Part shown: positions 42,908 to 55,544 of the stretch, in pieces
Position numbering within the stretch: the first letter of the stretch is position 1
Layout: every line of letters starts with the position of its first letter
Assembly: GCA_964016885.1 (NCBI GenBank)
Contig: OZ024744.1
Coordinates: forward strand, 91,574,001 to 91,638,000
Origin: Eledone cirrhosa
Taxonomy: Eukaryota
Direction: 5' to 3'
Length of the DNA: 64,000 nucleotides
Notes under the pieces: model-generated
The model's input: the letters and a program-made list of their open reading frames with translations, nothing else
Told to the model about the DNA's origin: nothing
Databases searched by the model: none
Program-made: the position numbers and the translations under genes

Positions 42908-43077
42908 GTGAATGTGCATGAAGAGTGTGGCAGTGTCTTTCCCACCCCACACAACTACAGTGTATCCCCACCCCACTACATAGTGTCCTTCAACGCTAGA
43001 CACCAGTCCACCCCACCAAAGCACAGGTAAGATAAGAGAAATTAGTGAGTATAAGAGGAATTAGATGTAGTGTGTAC

Positions 43078-43211
43078 CTGGGAGAAGATTGTGCAAGTAT
43101 ATTGACACCTTCTTTGATCACAAATGACTTTGGGATTTGCACCTATTGAAAGTTTCCCCTCTGCAGCACAAAGTCTTGGCAAAGTTGTTTGTGGAAAGAT
43201 CCAGCTGTCAC
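43078..43211 (-). other. Candidate internal exon (134 nt)
   Basis: CTTAG| ... CAG|GTAC boundaries on the minus strand, one open frame (DSWIFPQTTLPRLCAAEGK...). Confidence 0.25.
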
Positions 43212-43214
43212 CTA

Positions 43215-44040
43215 AGGATGATGGCGGTGGTGGTGGTGGTGGTGGTGTCAGTAGGGGTAGTGTTGGTAGTGGTGATGGTGGTGATGATGGTGGTGGTGGT
43301 GGTGATGGTGGTGGTGTCAGTAGGGGTAGTGTTGGTGGTGGTGATGGTGGTGATGATGGTGGTGGTGGTGGTGATGATGGTGATGGTGGTGGTGATAGTG
43401 GTGTCAGTAGGGGTAGTGGTGGTGGTGGTGGTGGTGGTGATGGTGGTGGTGGTGGCAGGTGGTGGTGGTGGTGGTGATAATTGTGATGGTGATGATGGCG
43501 GTGGTGGTGGTGATGATGGTGGTGTCAGTTGGGGTAGTGTTGGTGGTGGTGATGGTGGTGATGATGGTGATGGTGGTGGTGATAGTGGTGTCAGTAGGGG
43601 TAGTGGTGGTGGTGGTGGTGGTGGTGGTGGCAGGTGGTGGTGGTGGTGGTGGTAATAATTGTGATGGTGATGATGGTGGTGGTGGTGGTGATGGTAACGG
43701 TGTTGATGATGGTGATGGTGGTGGTGGTGGTGATGGTAACGGTGTTGATGATGGTGATGGTGGTGGTGGTGGTGGTGGTGGTGGTGATGATGATGATGGT
43801 GGCAGGTGGTGGTGGTGGTGGTGGTAATAATTGTGATGGTGATGATGGTGGTGGTGGTGGTGATGGTAACGGTGTTGATGATGGTGATGGTGGTAGTGGT
43901 GGTGATGGTAACGGTGTTGATGATGGTGATGGTGATGGTGGTGGTGGTGGTGATGATAATGATGTTGGTGGCAATGATGATGATGGTGATGATGGGAATG
44001 ATGATGATGATGATGATCATGATCATGATCATGATCATTA
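43215..44040. repeat. (GGT/GAT)n compound microsatellite
   Basis: Direct reading. Confidence 0.92.
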
Positions 44041-44384
44041 CTGTAGTGGTTTCTGCTCCTCAAACCTGGCTAGTCACCTCCTTATCTCCCACCACCACTC
44101 AGGCACTTCCATTTCATTTCACTCATCCTCCTTCTCCTTCCCCTCATTTCATCACTCACACCTCAAGGCCTTACCCCTCCACACATGACTACAACTCTTA
44201 GGTCTTAAATAATCATCCCCCTCCCACACTTATTGATTTTTTTAAATCCCCCCCCCCCCCGCGCTCTTACCCCCCCCCCCATTACATTTTTATAGTCTAT
44301 CTCCAGCAAAATGTTATTTTAAGTGGTAACATTCTTGCGACAATTAATTTTCTTTATACAGTAAAAAAAAACATTATACACAGC

Positions 44385-44690
44385 AACTGCCTTTCATCCT
44401 TACGGGGTCGATAAAATAAAGTACCAGTAATGTACTGGGGTAATTGCTGGCCTTGTGCCTAAAGTAGAAACAATTATTAGAAATCTCAAAGGGCGGTGGA
44501 TTGGCAGTATCGGTAGAGGGTCTGACACCATTCTTTGCAGCATAGAGTTACGGCCCTTTACGTCCAGAGTTCAAATCCCGCCGAGGTTGACTTTGCCTTT
44601 CTTCCTTACGGGGGTTGATAAAATAAAGAACCAGTAATACACTGGGATAATTGCTGGCCTTGTACCAAAAGTAGAAACAATTATTAGAAA
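44385..44690 (+). mobile_element. SINE family B, partial plus full tandem copy
   Basis: A/B boxes and duplicated 3' half. Confidence 0.8.
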
Positions 44691-45609
44691 TCTCATGTTA
44701 GAAAATAAATAAGATGTGTTGTAGGTCTCAATATGTAAACTAAGCGTCTAATTCTTGGGGTTTTTTTTTAAATATCAGCAGTGGCAATCTAGAAAAATTA
44801 CTGATTCCCTCCCACTTATTCCAGCTTCCCTGCTTATTGCAACTGCCGCAGCTTATTCCACCTCTCCCCTATTATTTGGGACCCCAAGAGTGTGCAGTGT
44901 CTTTCCCACCCCACATAACTACAGTGTATCCCCACCCAACCCCACCCCACTACATAGTGTCCTTCAACCCTAGACACCACTCCACCCCACCACACATAAC
45001 TATAACAGTGTCACCACCTCCAGGCAGCAGCCATCCCAGTCACCAAATTATCCCACCCCAGTCACCACCTCACCCCATATAACTGTATAGTGTCACCACC
45101 CCGACCTCCAGGCACCACACAACCCCCCATAACTATACAGTGTTACGCCCCCACTCCCTCCAGGCACCAGCCCACCCCATATAACAGTATAGTGTCACCA
45201 CCTGACCTCCAAACACAGCACAACCCCCTCATAACTGTACAGTGTCACCCCCTTCCCTCCCCCGACACTACCCGGCCCTCAGGTCCACACCTTCTTCATA
45301 ACTACACCCACACCTATGATCTCAAGGACCCTATAATGACCACCCCGACCTCCAGACACCACACAACCCCCACATAGCTATACAGTGCCCCCCCCCCCCC
45401 CCCCTCCGGTCCACACCACCTACATAACTACACCCACACCCCCTACATAACTACACCCACACCTATGATCTCAAGGACCCTATAACGATCACTGACATCA
45501 TACTGCCAGAAATTCAAAGGTTAAGGAACATTTCTGGCTTTTTTTCAAAGGAGAGAGATTCTTTCTTCTCTGACAGTACATTGGTTTGTTTTTTCTTTCT
45601 TTCTTTCTT

Positions 45610-45743
45610 CCTCCTTCTTCTTCTTCTTCTTCTTCTTCTTCTTCTTCTTCTTCTTCTTCTTCTTCTTCTTCTTCTTCTCTCTCTCTTCACTACTACTACT
45701 ACTACTACTACTATTACTACTACTACTGGTGCTGCTGCTGCTG

Positions 45744-45793
<50 letters not shown>

Positions 45794-45815
45794 ACTACTA
45801 CTACTACTACTACTG

Positions 45816-45855
<40 letters not shown>

Positions 45856-45952
45856 AGCTGCTGCTACTACTACTACTACTACTGCTGCTGCTGCTACTAC
45901 TACTACTACTACTATTGCTGCTGCTGCTGCTACTACTACTACTACTACTACT
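45610..45952. repeat. (CTT)n/(CTA)n/(CTG)n microsatellite
   Basis: Direct reading. Confidence 0.95.
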
Positions 45953-46438
45953 ATCTCCTTCTCTTTCCCCCGTCCCCACATCTCTTACCCCCCCCTCTCT
46001 CCTCTTCATCTTACCATACTTTATTCCTTACTTGAAAGAAACCATAGTGTGTACCCTCAACCCCCACCCACTCACCCCCACCTACCTACTAATAATATTT
46101 AATACCAATTTAAACCCCCATGTAATATTTCCGATATACATATCAAAGCCCCCTTATAAGCTATTTTTAGAAGGGTGCAAATAAAAAATAAGGGTGTCAT
46201 CATTTGAAATCCCCACCATCGCCACCACCACCGCCGCCACCACCACCACTAACCACCGTCACCGCCGCCAACACTACCACCGCCACCACCACCACCACCT
46301 CTTCTGGCCTGCTTTATTTTTAACTGTTAGTGTATATATGATTGCAGATCTTAGGGGAAATATACATGGTGTCCCCCCAAAATGTATACACATTTTAACA
46401 GCATTATAATAAGTGTGTTTACATTTTGGGGGACATCT

Positions 46439-46470
<32 letters not shown>

Positions 46471-46576
46471 ATGTGTGTATATATATATATGTAATAATAA
46501 TAAATTTGAAGACTAAAATCCAAAGAGGGCTCGATAAGGATAAATATATATCAAATATATAAGAACCGTAGAGCAA

Positions 46577-46994
46577 ATATTTATTAAAATAACAGCTTTT
46601 ACCCTTAACGGGATCTTCTGAAACTAACAAAGTCAATCTGTAAACGCAGAAGTGGATATTTCAAAAAACGTTGTAACCGGAGGAAGACAGGAAGACGATA
46701 CTTTGGTTCGTGGAAACGTTCCCTATACAAATAAGTAATGGTATAAACATAACATATACTTAGCTACCACATCAAGACGTAAAATATCCACGTATAGATC
46801 GTACTATCCGTTAGGGTATAATGTGGGGCTGTAATACAGGAAAGTATCGTCTTCCTGCCTTCCTCCGGTTGCAATGTATTTTGAAATATTCACTTCTGCG
46901 TTCACAGATTGACTTTGTTAGTTTCAGAAGATCCCGTTAAGGGGGAAAGCAGTGATTCTTTGCTTAAACTTTAATCTGTTATTTTAATAAATAT
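46577..46994. repeat. Inverted repeat, ~130-bp arms
   Basis: 46577-46704 vs 46841-46994. Confidence 0.8.
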
Positions 46995-48042
46995 ATATGT
47001 ATATATATATTATATATAAGATAAAAATCTCTGAATGATAACTACTATATAAAAATCTGAATGAGAACTACTATATAAAAACATATTTTGTGCAAGAAAA
47101 AAAAATGATTTAGGCAAAAGGCCAACAATTTTGGGGGAGAGGAAAGCCAATTAAATCGACCCCAGTGCATTACTGGTACTTTATTATATCGACTTGGAAG
47201 GATGAAAGGCAAAGTTAACCTCGGTGGGATTAGAACTGAGAGAGCTGAAACGAATGCTGCAAAGTATTCTATCTTACGGTTGTCTGTCAGTTTGCCACTT
47301 CACCTACTATATATTGGATGGATGGATGTATGGACAGACAGACAGACGGACAGACGGACCTATAACTCTTGAGGGAGTTGTAAGGGAACTGTATTTACAT
47401 ACAGTGTTTCTACTGCATTTTAAAACCTGGTGGAACCCATCTCCTCTCCAGGTATGAACATAGCAAATTTCTTCTAGAGAGGGATAGCAGGTGAGAGAGA
47501 ATGAAAGTGAGAAAGAGATATAGAGGAAGAATCAACCCCCAATACTTGACTGGTACTTTTTCTTTAGCGACTTTGAATGGATGAAAAGCAGAGTTGATCT
47601 GCATGCTGTAAAGCATTCTATCCGAGGTTTTAATGACTGCCAATTTGCCCCCTTACATACAATATATTACAATGTCCAAATAGAATCCTGGTTATAGAAT
47701 AGATGATGAATATGTCATTAAAAACACACATATCGTACCTAATGTGAACACAGCATAGCGGAATGGTCAAGAACATCACTTCATAATCATTAGGGCTTAG
47801 GTTTAATCTCACTGTATAGCATCTTGGACAAATGTCATTTACCACAGCATAAGCTTGAGTTGACCCATGCTTTATGTCTCAATGAGAATTATATTAAAGA
47901 TACACATATCTATAGAATGCTCAGTCACTTACATGTTAATTTGATGAGCAGGCAGTTTCCACTGAAAATTGCTCAACATGCCATTACTACTACCAAATAT
48001 TCTTATTCTGAAGATGGAACCGTGAAGGTCTCGAAACATTAA

Positions 48043-48247
48043 CCATTTAGCATTTACATTACACTATATTTACTGTTATATTTTCACGGTAAATACTTTA
48101 TCTTACATAATATGAAATCTACGAGATTTCGATATTTATTTTGAGAATAATACCATAACATAAGTATGAGCAGCTGGTTATGGCCGGTTTGAGCAGAAAA
48201 AGGTGAGAGAATTCTGGCCGGATACGGTCGATTTAAATGGTAAAAGG
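48043..48247. mobile_element. TTAA MITE, same family as 18647-18866
   Basis: TTAA|CCATTTAGCATT...TAAAAGG|TTAA. Confidence 0.7.
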
Positions 48248-48639
48248 TTAATACATTTACCGTGTATATATGAATATAAGCCCAGGGAATATGTGACCAA
48301 AGATATCAATGGTAGAAGGGTGGGGTTGGCATATATTCGGGGGCTAATATTTTGACGATTTTCTTCAACTTCGAATTCTACATAAATAAATAAGGTTTGG
48401 ATTTTTTTCCCATTACTCAAACGTAAAATAGTGGAGTCAGCTTATATTCATGTATATGCAATAAGTATTTAATCATTTGATAAGAATAAGTTACGAAGAT
48501 GAACCTCCGACTTTGTGTAAAATGTCGACCATACTTAAATATGGAATGATACGTGATGACCCCCCCCCCCCCCCGGCGGACAGAATGGAGAAGGCAATCC
48601 TTTAACATTTACACATTTATTTCTATATTTACTATTGTA

Positions 48640-51600
48640 CTAGCTGAGCTACCCGGTGATAGCCGGGTATTTTATGAAAGTTACAATATATTTGGCACAC
48701 ATTACAAAATATTTGACCGTTCAAATATGATTGCTGAATTTTAACCAAAGTAGGAATTATAGCAGAATATTTATTGCCGTTTGGTCAAAGTAAATAATCT
48801 AGATAAAAATATTATTTTTTTCCAGTGGTGATTTTTTGAATACTGCTCCCTATTACAGTCAGCATATATAATGCTTTACTCATAGATGAATCATTAGGTA
48901 TGTTGTCTGTGAAAAGGGCATGACCCAAAAAATACATTTAGATTTTTTTTTTTTTTTGCTCAATCTGAACCTCTGAAATTCAAACAACATGTAAAGACTA
49001 TTTTAAAAACCATAAATAAAATAAGAAAATATATTTAGCATTGGTTTATGATTGAATGAAGCATTTACTTACTCATTTCTGTAATTCGGAGAAAGTGTAT
49101 TTAAATTTGTACACTGTAGCTTTCACCAATCTTTGCCTCTATGGCAGTAGGATCTTCTTTGAGGGAGATTTGTTTTCTATTTCTATTAGCTATACCAACA
49201 GTTATAGTGGCTCACATGACATACATAGATACATACACACACGTGCATGTGTGTAAGACAGTTGTTTGCGATTTGAAATGGATTTTGCTAATATTTCTAG
49301 TAGATCGAGTTATCACATAGAACCATTCCTTTTTGCTTCATACATATATACATACCTGAGAAAGTAAGGTGGGATTTGAAGGAAATTTGGCTGCTATTTC
49401 TACCAAACAAAGTCTTCACTTATATTACTTTATAGCAGAGGTACCCGGGAATGCCTGCATATTCTTCCAAAATAACACCATGCAGTAAATTTGCGGCTTC
49501 AGAATTCCTTGCAAACTACATGACTAAGGAATTAGGATCTGTGTGTATTGTCATTGAATGAGGAATTACGACATTGCTCATTCCAAAGCCTCTGGATAAA
49601 CAACATTCTTGGTTTTGCCCTGTGGTGCCACAATGAAGAGACAATCAGGGTTCCCAATCCTTGTTGTGCCAACATGCAGTTGACCATGTGAATAGACAGG
49701 ATCTGCCAGATTCAACCCAACGACTTTCAATGATTGCCCTTGAGATTTATTAATGGTCATGGTAAAACTGAGCCTGATCGGAAATTGAATTCTTTGAAAT
49801 TCAAATGGCAAATCAGTTGGCTTCAGAGGTATTCTGGGAATGAAACAATTGTCACTAGCAAATTTTCCTGAAATGATTGCAACTTCTAGAACATTGGACA
49901 TCATATTTTTGATGATGAGTCTTGTCCATTACAAAGTTTTGGAGGATCCAGATTGCGAAGTAGCATAACCGATGCTCCAAGCTTCAGTATCAGGTTGTGT
50001 GGAGGAATTCCCGCTTGTTCAAGACTGTTCAAAAATTCAGTTGGATAGTTTACAACCTGGTCTTGAGAAGTGATTGTGTCAACTGATTTGTAGCATATTT
50101 TCTGTCCCGGTAACATCTCCAGCAGCCTTCTGTTGATTTCTTTCACAGCAACATTTTTAGGTGCTAAGATTGCTCATTCACAGAGCCATTTCGGATCACA
50201 TTGCCTGGTCTGAATGTTTGGAAACACTCTGGCAATCAGTTCTTGTTCTGTGTCAATGATATGGCCAAATGACAACTGAATATGGTCATTGGAGTCCTTT
50301 TCAAGAAGTTCATTTCCCAATTTAAGAGGTTAGATGGCAAACTCACTGACACCTTCGTCACCAGTTAAGTGCACTCGCATGTTGGTTGTAAGGCTCAGCA
50401 GCTGAAAGTTGGACCAGAGATAGGATGTTTTCAGACAGGCATTGACTTGATCAGCTCGAATCCCTCGAAGAATTATAGGCAGAGTTTGTCTGAAATCACC
50501 AGCAAGAACCATTGTCACTCCTCCCATTATGCAACTATTTTCTCTCAGATCCCTTATTGTCCGGTCCAAAGCTTCAATTGCTCCTTTATGGCTCATAGTA
50601 GCTTCATCCCAAATTATGATCTTGCATGGTTGCAGAAGCTTGCCCTTGGGTGAGTTCTTCTTGATGTTGCAAAAATATTGTTCATGCAGTGTGAGATCTA
50701 TGGGCAGCTTAAACGTGGAGTGTGCAGTTCTTCCACCATCCAGAAGTGTTGCTGCAATGCCACTTGAAGCCACAGCAAGGGTAATATGCTGCTTTTGGCA
50801 AACTTTTGCAAGCAGGAGGTTTATGAGGAATGTCTTGCCTGTGCCAGCAGGAGCATCGATGAAAAAAAGTCCTTCCCTGTCATTTTGAATGTTTTCGATG
50901 ATGTTGTGGTAGGCATATTTCTGGTCATCCATTAATTGAGGTTCATTTTCATCCACAAACTTATGCAATGCTTGAATATCGTAGTTTGTCTCCTGAAAAA
51001 TGTCTTGTGCTACCTCCATTTCTTCATCTGGCTCTAGCATCCCACAGTTAACTAATGTTCTATTCACTCGATGGGACAGGTCACAGAGAGCTTGATTGTA
51101 AATCCTGGGGGTATATTCCATATACATATTGCCATGATGTCTTCGGGCTAGGTGTAGATAGTCGTCCGACATATTGTTTTTCTACTCCTGCCAGAGTAAA
51201 TGAGCTTCATCAATTCCATATGCTGTGAGCATAATAGCAAATAATTGACTACTTGAGTGATTGCTTCTTCTTCTTCTAGGCACGTCTTCCAGTGTCCATT
51301 GTCATGCAGGAGTCCATGCTGTTTACATGCTTCTTGGTATGTTGCGCACTCCCTTCCTCTGAAGCACCTAAGATCCTCAAATGACGTTGGTCCTCGAACA
51401 GTATGCAGAAGTAGCTGTAAATAAAAACATTCTCTGTTGTTGGGATGGACATTGTAAACACGCCCAATAGCATCACTTGACTTGACTTCATGACCTTCCA
51501 CTAAATGACCTTGCTTTCTTCGATTCCAGGTCTTGCAATTGGTCCAGGTGTAGTATGTTGGGACTTCAGCATATAGGAGGGATCGAGCAAATTCATCATT

Positions 51601-54600
51601 CTGGCAGTTAGTGTAGTGTCATGTGATGCTTGTGCCAACTGATGAGCAGTGATCTCAGTGAAGTACACTCTCTGTCCATGTTCCAGATGGACTGCAGTAC
51701 ACTCTCTGTCCATGAAGTACACTCTCTGTCCATGTTCCAGTTGATGACTGTTGGGTGGCGTTGGTGGATATCAAATCTAAAGATTCGCCAGATAGCTTCA
51801 TTGCTGGAGATGTATCGACCTGTTTGATACCGTTTGACCTCATCCAGCCCACCATCATTGAGTTCTTTGTCAGTAATAAAGGTAGCCATGTCACTGTCCT
51901 TGTTGATATATTTTGTGACATATAGGATTGCCTTGACGGAGCTGCAATACTCAACATTGATATGAGCTTTTAAAAGTTTACACAACTGATTGTTTATGGT
52001 TAGCTCCTCTCCTCGAACTGTTAGGCTTGCAGTATTGCCTCCATGTTCTGGTCTACGCCTACGTTAAAGGGAGTATCCATTATTGTCAGTCCGAGTTTCC
52101 CGAATAAAAGCTCTAGGATAATGTTTGCTGCATTTTTGATTTTTCATGCAGGGAGAGGCTGGATTGATGACTCCACATGGACCATAAATGAGTTTGGACT
52201 TGATGGTTTCAAAGAGCTCTGGATCACCACCTTTATCAGGCAACTCTGTTGAAATGATCTTATCAACATCATCTGGTCTTATCTTCTCCTTGCACCAGAT
52301 TATTGTGTGAGAGTGAGGAAGACCTCTCTTCTGCCACTCAATAGTGGTCATCCAAGCACTAAGCTCACCAAAGATTCTTCCTTCTTTTAGGAGCCAGATG
52401 AGATTTTTGTGCTTTTCCTGGAAAACCCGAACAATGAGGTCATGTCGATCCTTTGGTTTTTGATTTTGAAATAATTCATTTGATATTTCTGACCAGTTTG
52501 AATTGCATGTAAATGTATTGAAAAGATCTGGCCGACCAAATTTTCTGACATAGGCCATTGCATCTTGCGTACGTTCATGCATGTAACATGGTCAACCCGT
52601 GAAGCTTGATGGTAGTATGACTGGCTGGCCAATATTTCTTGGGTCACATCAGAATTGATGGCATCTCTAAGGTGGATGTAGTTATCTGCCCTCAACTTAG
52701 TTTGATTCCTTCGCAGAAAACCCAATCTTTCTGTTTCAATTTTGGCATACATGTCCACCATGAACTGGCTGGTTACTTCTTTGAATCGCAGAACTTGGTT
52801 GAAGTGATCACGTACCATGAAATGATAAGCATAGAATTCTTTGCAGCTGATTGATCGGCCAGTTTCTTGTCCCCTCCCTTGGCTGATCTGCCGTAGCTGA
52901 AAATGATATCCATCTTGACCATTCCAAAAGATGAGCGGATATTGGAGTGAATAATAGGCTCTATGAGTTTCACAAATGCGCTCCAAATATCCTATTCGTT
53001 TTTGAAAAACAATGTCACGTCGTTCATGCTGTTCATCAACCATTATGATTGCAACTTCATCAGTGACAGGTGCTTTGAATCTGTGTTCATGTTCTGAATC
53101 TGGGCGTTTGTCTGCCCTAATGATGATTTTACGATCTCTAGTGTTGTTCATATGCTCCAGTGTATATTTAAATACACTGACGTACATGTGATGTTGGTGA
53201 AGCATTTCTTGTAACTTTATGACTATGTAGAACTGCAATCCACCCTGGACATTGGTACATCTTTGTTGTGCCTGTGTTTCATTTCCACCCATGCAGTAAA
53301 CCTGCACAAATTTGTGAGGCTCCTGTGAAAGTGGCAGAAGGCCACCCATTAAGTGGTAACACTGTCCCTGAATTTTATAAGTTGTACAGAATCTAAAGTC
53401 ACATTCCTGTATTGTTTTAAGGCTCACTTTGCCTTTTGAGCAGCATAAACTTGGTGTTTCTGCTGCCCACTTCTTGGCACCACAATACTGGCAGCATTTG
53501 ATCATTTTCGCAATGTTGACTTGTGGATTACTGCTGTAGTCCTTTTGGGGTCATAAGAAAAAGCACCCATCAGCCAGTTCATTTTACTTGTTGCTTGTTC
53601 TCCTGCTCGGGCAGTAGAAACGATGTGCTTGATTAGCATTTCATCTGATTTGCTGCTGTTCCTTAATTTGTTGTTCTCGTGTAGCAGCAGTCCTTTGTTC
53701 CCTTTCATCCAAATGGTGTGCTCGTGCTAAAGCTGTTTGGGCTCTGTTAGCAGCTAGACGGGCATGCCGAACTTCTTCACTTTCTTCAGATCGCTGTGTT
53801 TTCTTTCTCTTAGCCTCTGAAGATGACCTTCCATATAATGATCTGGAACGTTTTCTAAGCATTTGAAGTGATATTATTACGTGGATTGGCAGTATCGGTA
53901 GAGGGTCAAACACCACACTCTTTCCGAAATAGAAACAACTATAGAATGTATTGTTCACTCAGTAAAGTTGTTTTAAATGATCTCTTTATATGAATGTATA
54001 TTAGGTGTAATTAATTTTAGACATATGTAGTAAATATTGGGATTTCAGATTGTATTCTTAAATTATAATTTTTTATCCCCCCCCCCAAAAAAAAAGAAAC
54101 GACAAACGCTACAAAAAAAAAATGTTCTGTGTTAATTCAAATAACAGCGGAAAATAATATATTCAAATAATATCTTTTAAAAATACCGTTTTTTTTTTGT
54201 CTGTTAAATACATACATATATATATAACTTCTATAAAAACATCTGTGATTTCTTTAGACATATGTAGAAAATAAGCTTTGATGGTAACATATATCGTCTG
54301 CTAAAGAATGACCCCCCCCCCCCCCCATAACACACACATATGTGTGTGTAAATATATATATAAACGAGGACACACGTTAGGTAAAGAATCCCTTCAATCA
54401 CCCTCCCTCTCTTCTGCCTCTTTACTTTTTTTCTCTCTCCCATCTTTTCTCTTTTCTTATTGTCTTTTTCTCCCCATCCGCCTCACTCCCTTTCTCTTTC
54501 TCTCACTCTACAGAATAGCGAACAAAAAGTAAATAAAAGATAAATAACATTGGGAGAGTTAAGAAGTGTGTAAAAATAATAAATAAATAAAAGTTAATGA

Positions 54601-55078
54601 ACGCTGGCTACTTTCCCCCCCTCTCTCTCTCATCCCATTACTCTCTCTCTCTTTTCTCTCTCACCCCCCCTCTCTCTACGGAATAGAGAACAAAAAATAA
54701 AGAAAAGATAAGTAAAGTTAAGGAAGCGGGAGAGTTAAAAAGTGTGTAAAAATAATAAATAAATAAAAGTCTTTCTCTCTCTTCACCTTACTCTCTTTCT
54801 TTCTCTCTCTCCCATCCAATCACTCTCTCTCTCATCCCCTTACTCTCTCTCTCTTATCTACAGACTGGAGAACATAAAAAAACAAAATGGATGATCTATT
54901 TTGATATTCATTAGAAAATAAGATAAATTGAATTTAAATGAATTCCTTGCTTTGCAAAGTAACACTTTTTCGACCGTTACCTGTCCGAGTGAATAGTGAA
55001 TATGTACATGTAATTTTGAGGAGTTTGGTCCGGTAGTTTGCTAGTTTTAGGCAGACACACAACTTGCATTTATATAGA
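48640..55078 (-). mobile_element. Helitron, near full length, decayed
   Basis: 5' A|TCTATATAAA at 55078; 3' hairpin TACCCGG-CTATCA-CCGGGTA then CTAG|T at 48640; RepHel coding remnants inside. Confidence 0.88.
49578..53860 (-). pseudogene. Helitron RepHel (HUH Rep plus Pif1-like SF1 helicase), multiply frameshifted
   Basis: PDLFNTFTCN, EWQKRGLPHSH, YVTKY; DAPAGTGKT, IIWDE, GDFRQ, TINKSQGQS, SHGQL. Confidence 0.95.
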
Positions 55079-55091
55079 TAAAGATTGATAG

Positions 55092-55232
55092 ATACAAATA
55101 GTGAAAACAATGAAATTATACAAAAAACGGTTAATTCATACTAACCCCCCCCCCCGAAACGATTGTAAAATAATGAGTTTTACTATGAATTAACCGTTTT
55201 TTGTTTAATTTCATTGTTTTCACTATATGTAT
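55092..55232. repeat. Inverted repeat (49-bp arms) with hammerhead-like 3' half CCGAAACGATTGTA in the spacer
   Basis: 55092-55140 vs 55184-55232. Confidence 0.7.
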
Positions 55233-55544
55233 TTTTGACTCTGTATTCAATGAATTATATCGTTGAAATTTTGTATTTGAAATTTTGCTTCACAACATCT
55301 ACATACTGATTGCATTGAGTTCTTGATACGAAATGGCTTAGACCCTATCATTAATTGGTGGATTTATCTGTGATATAGATAGATAGATTTTCATGGTAAA
55401 AGCTTTATCCCATATAATGCTTAATCTCCCAAGATTTTGATGATGTTGTTTATTTTGAGAATGATATCTTAATGACAGTATGAACGCCTGGTTATGGTTA
55501 TTTTGAACAGAAAAGGTGACATGGGGAGAATTTTGACCAGATAT

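Noticed and set aside
48005-48042. Further hammerhead-like cores (also near 15090, 15295 and 25688)
   Set aside because: Stems incomplete or truncated by a MITE; too degenerate to count
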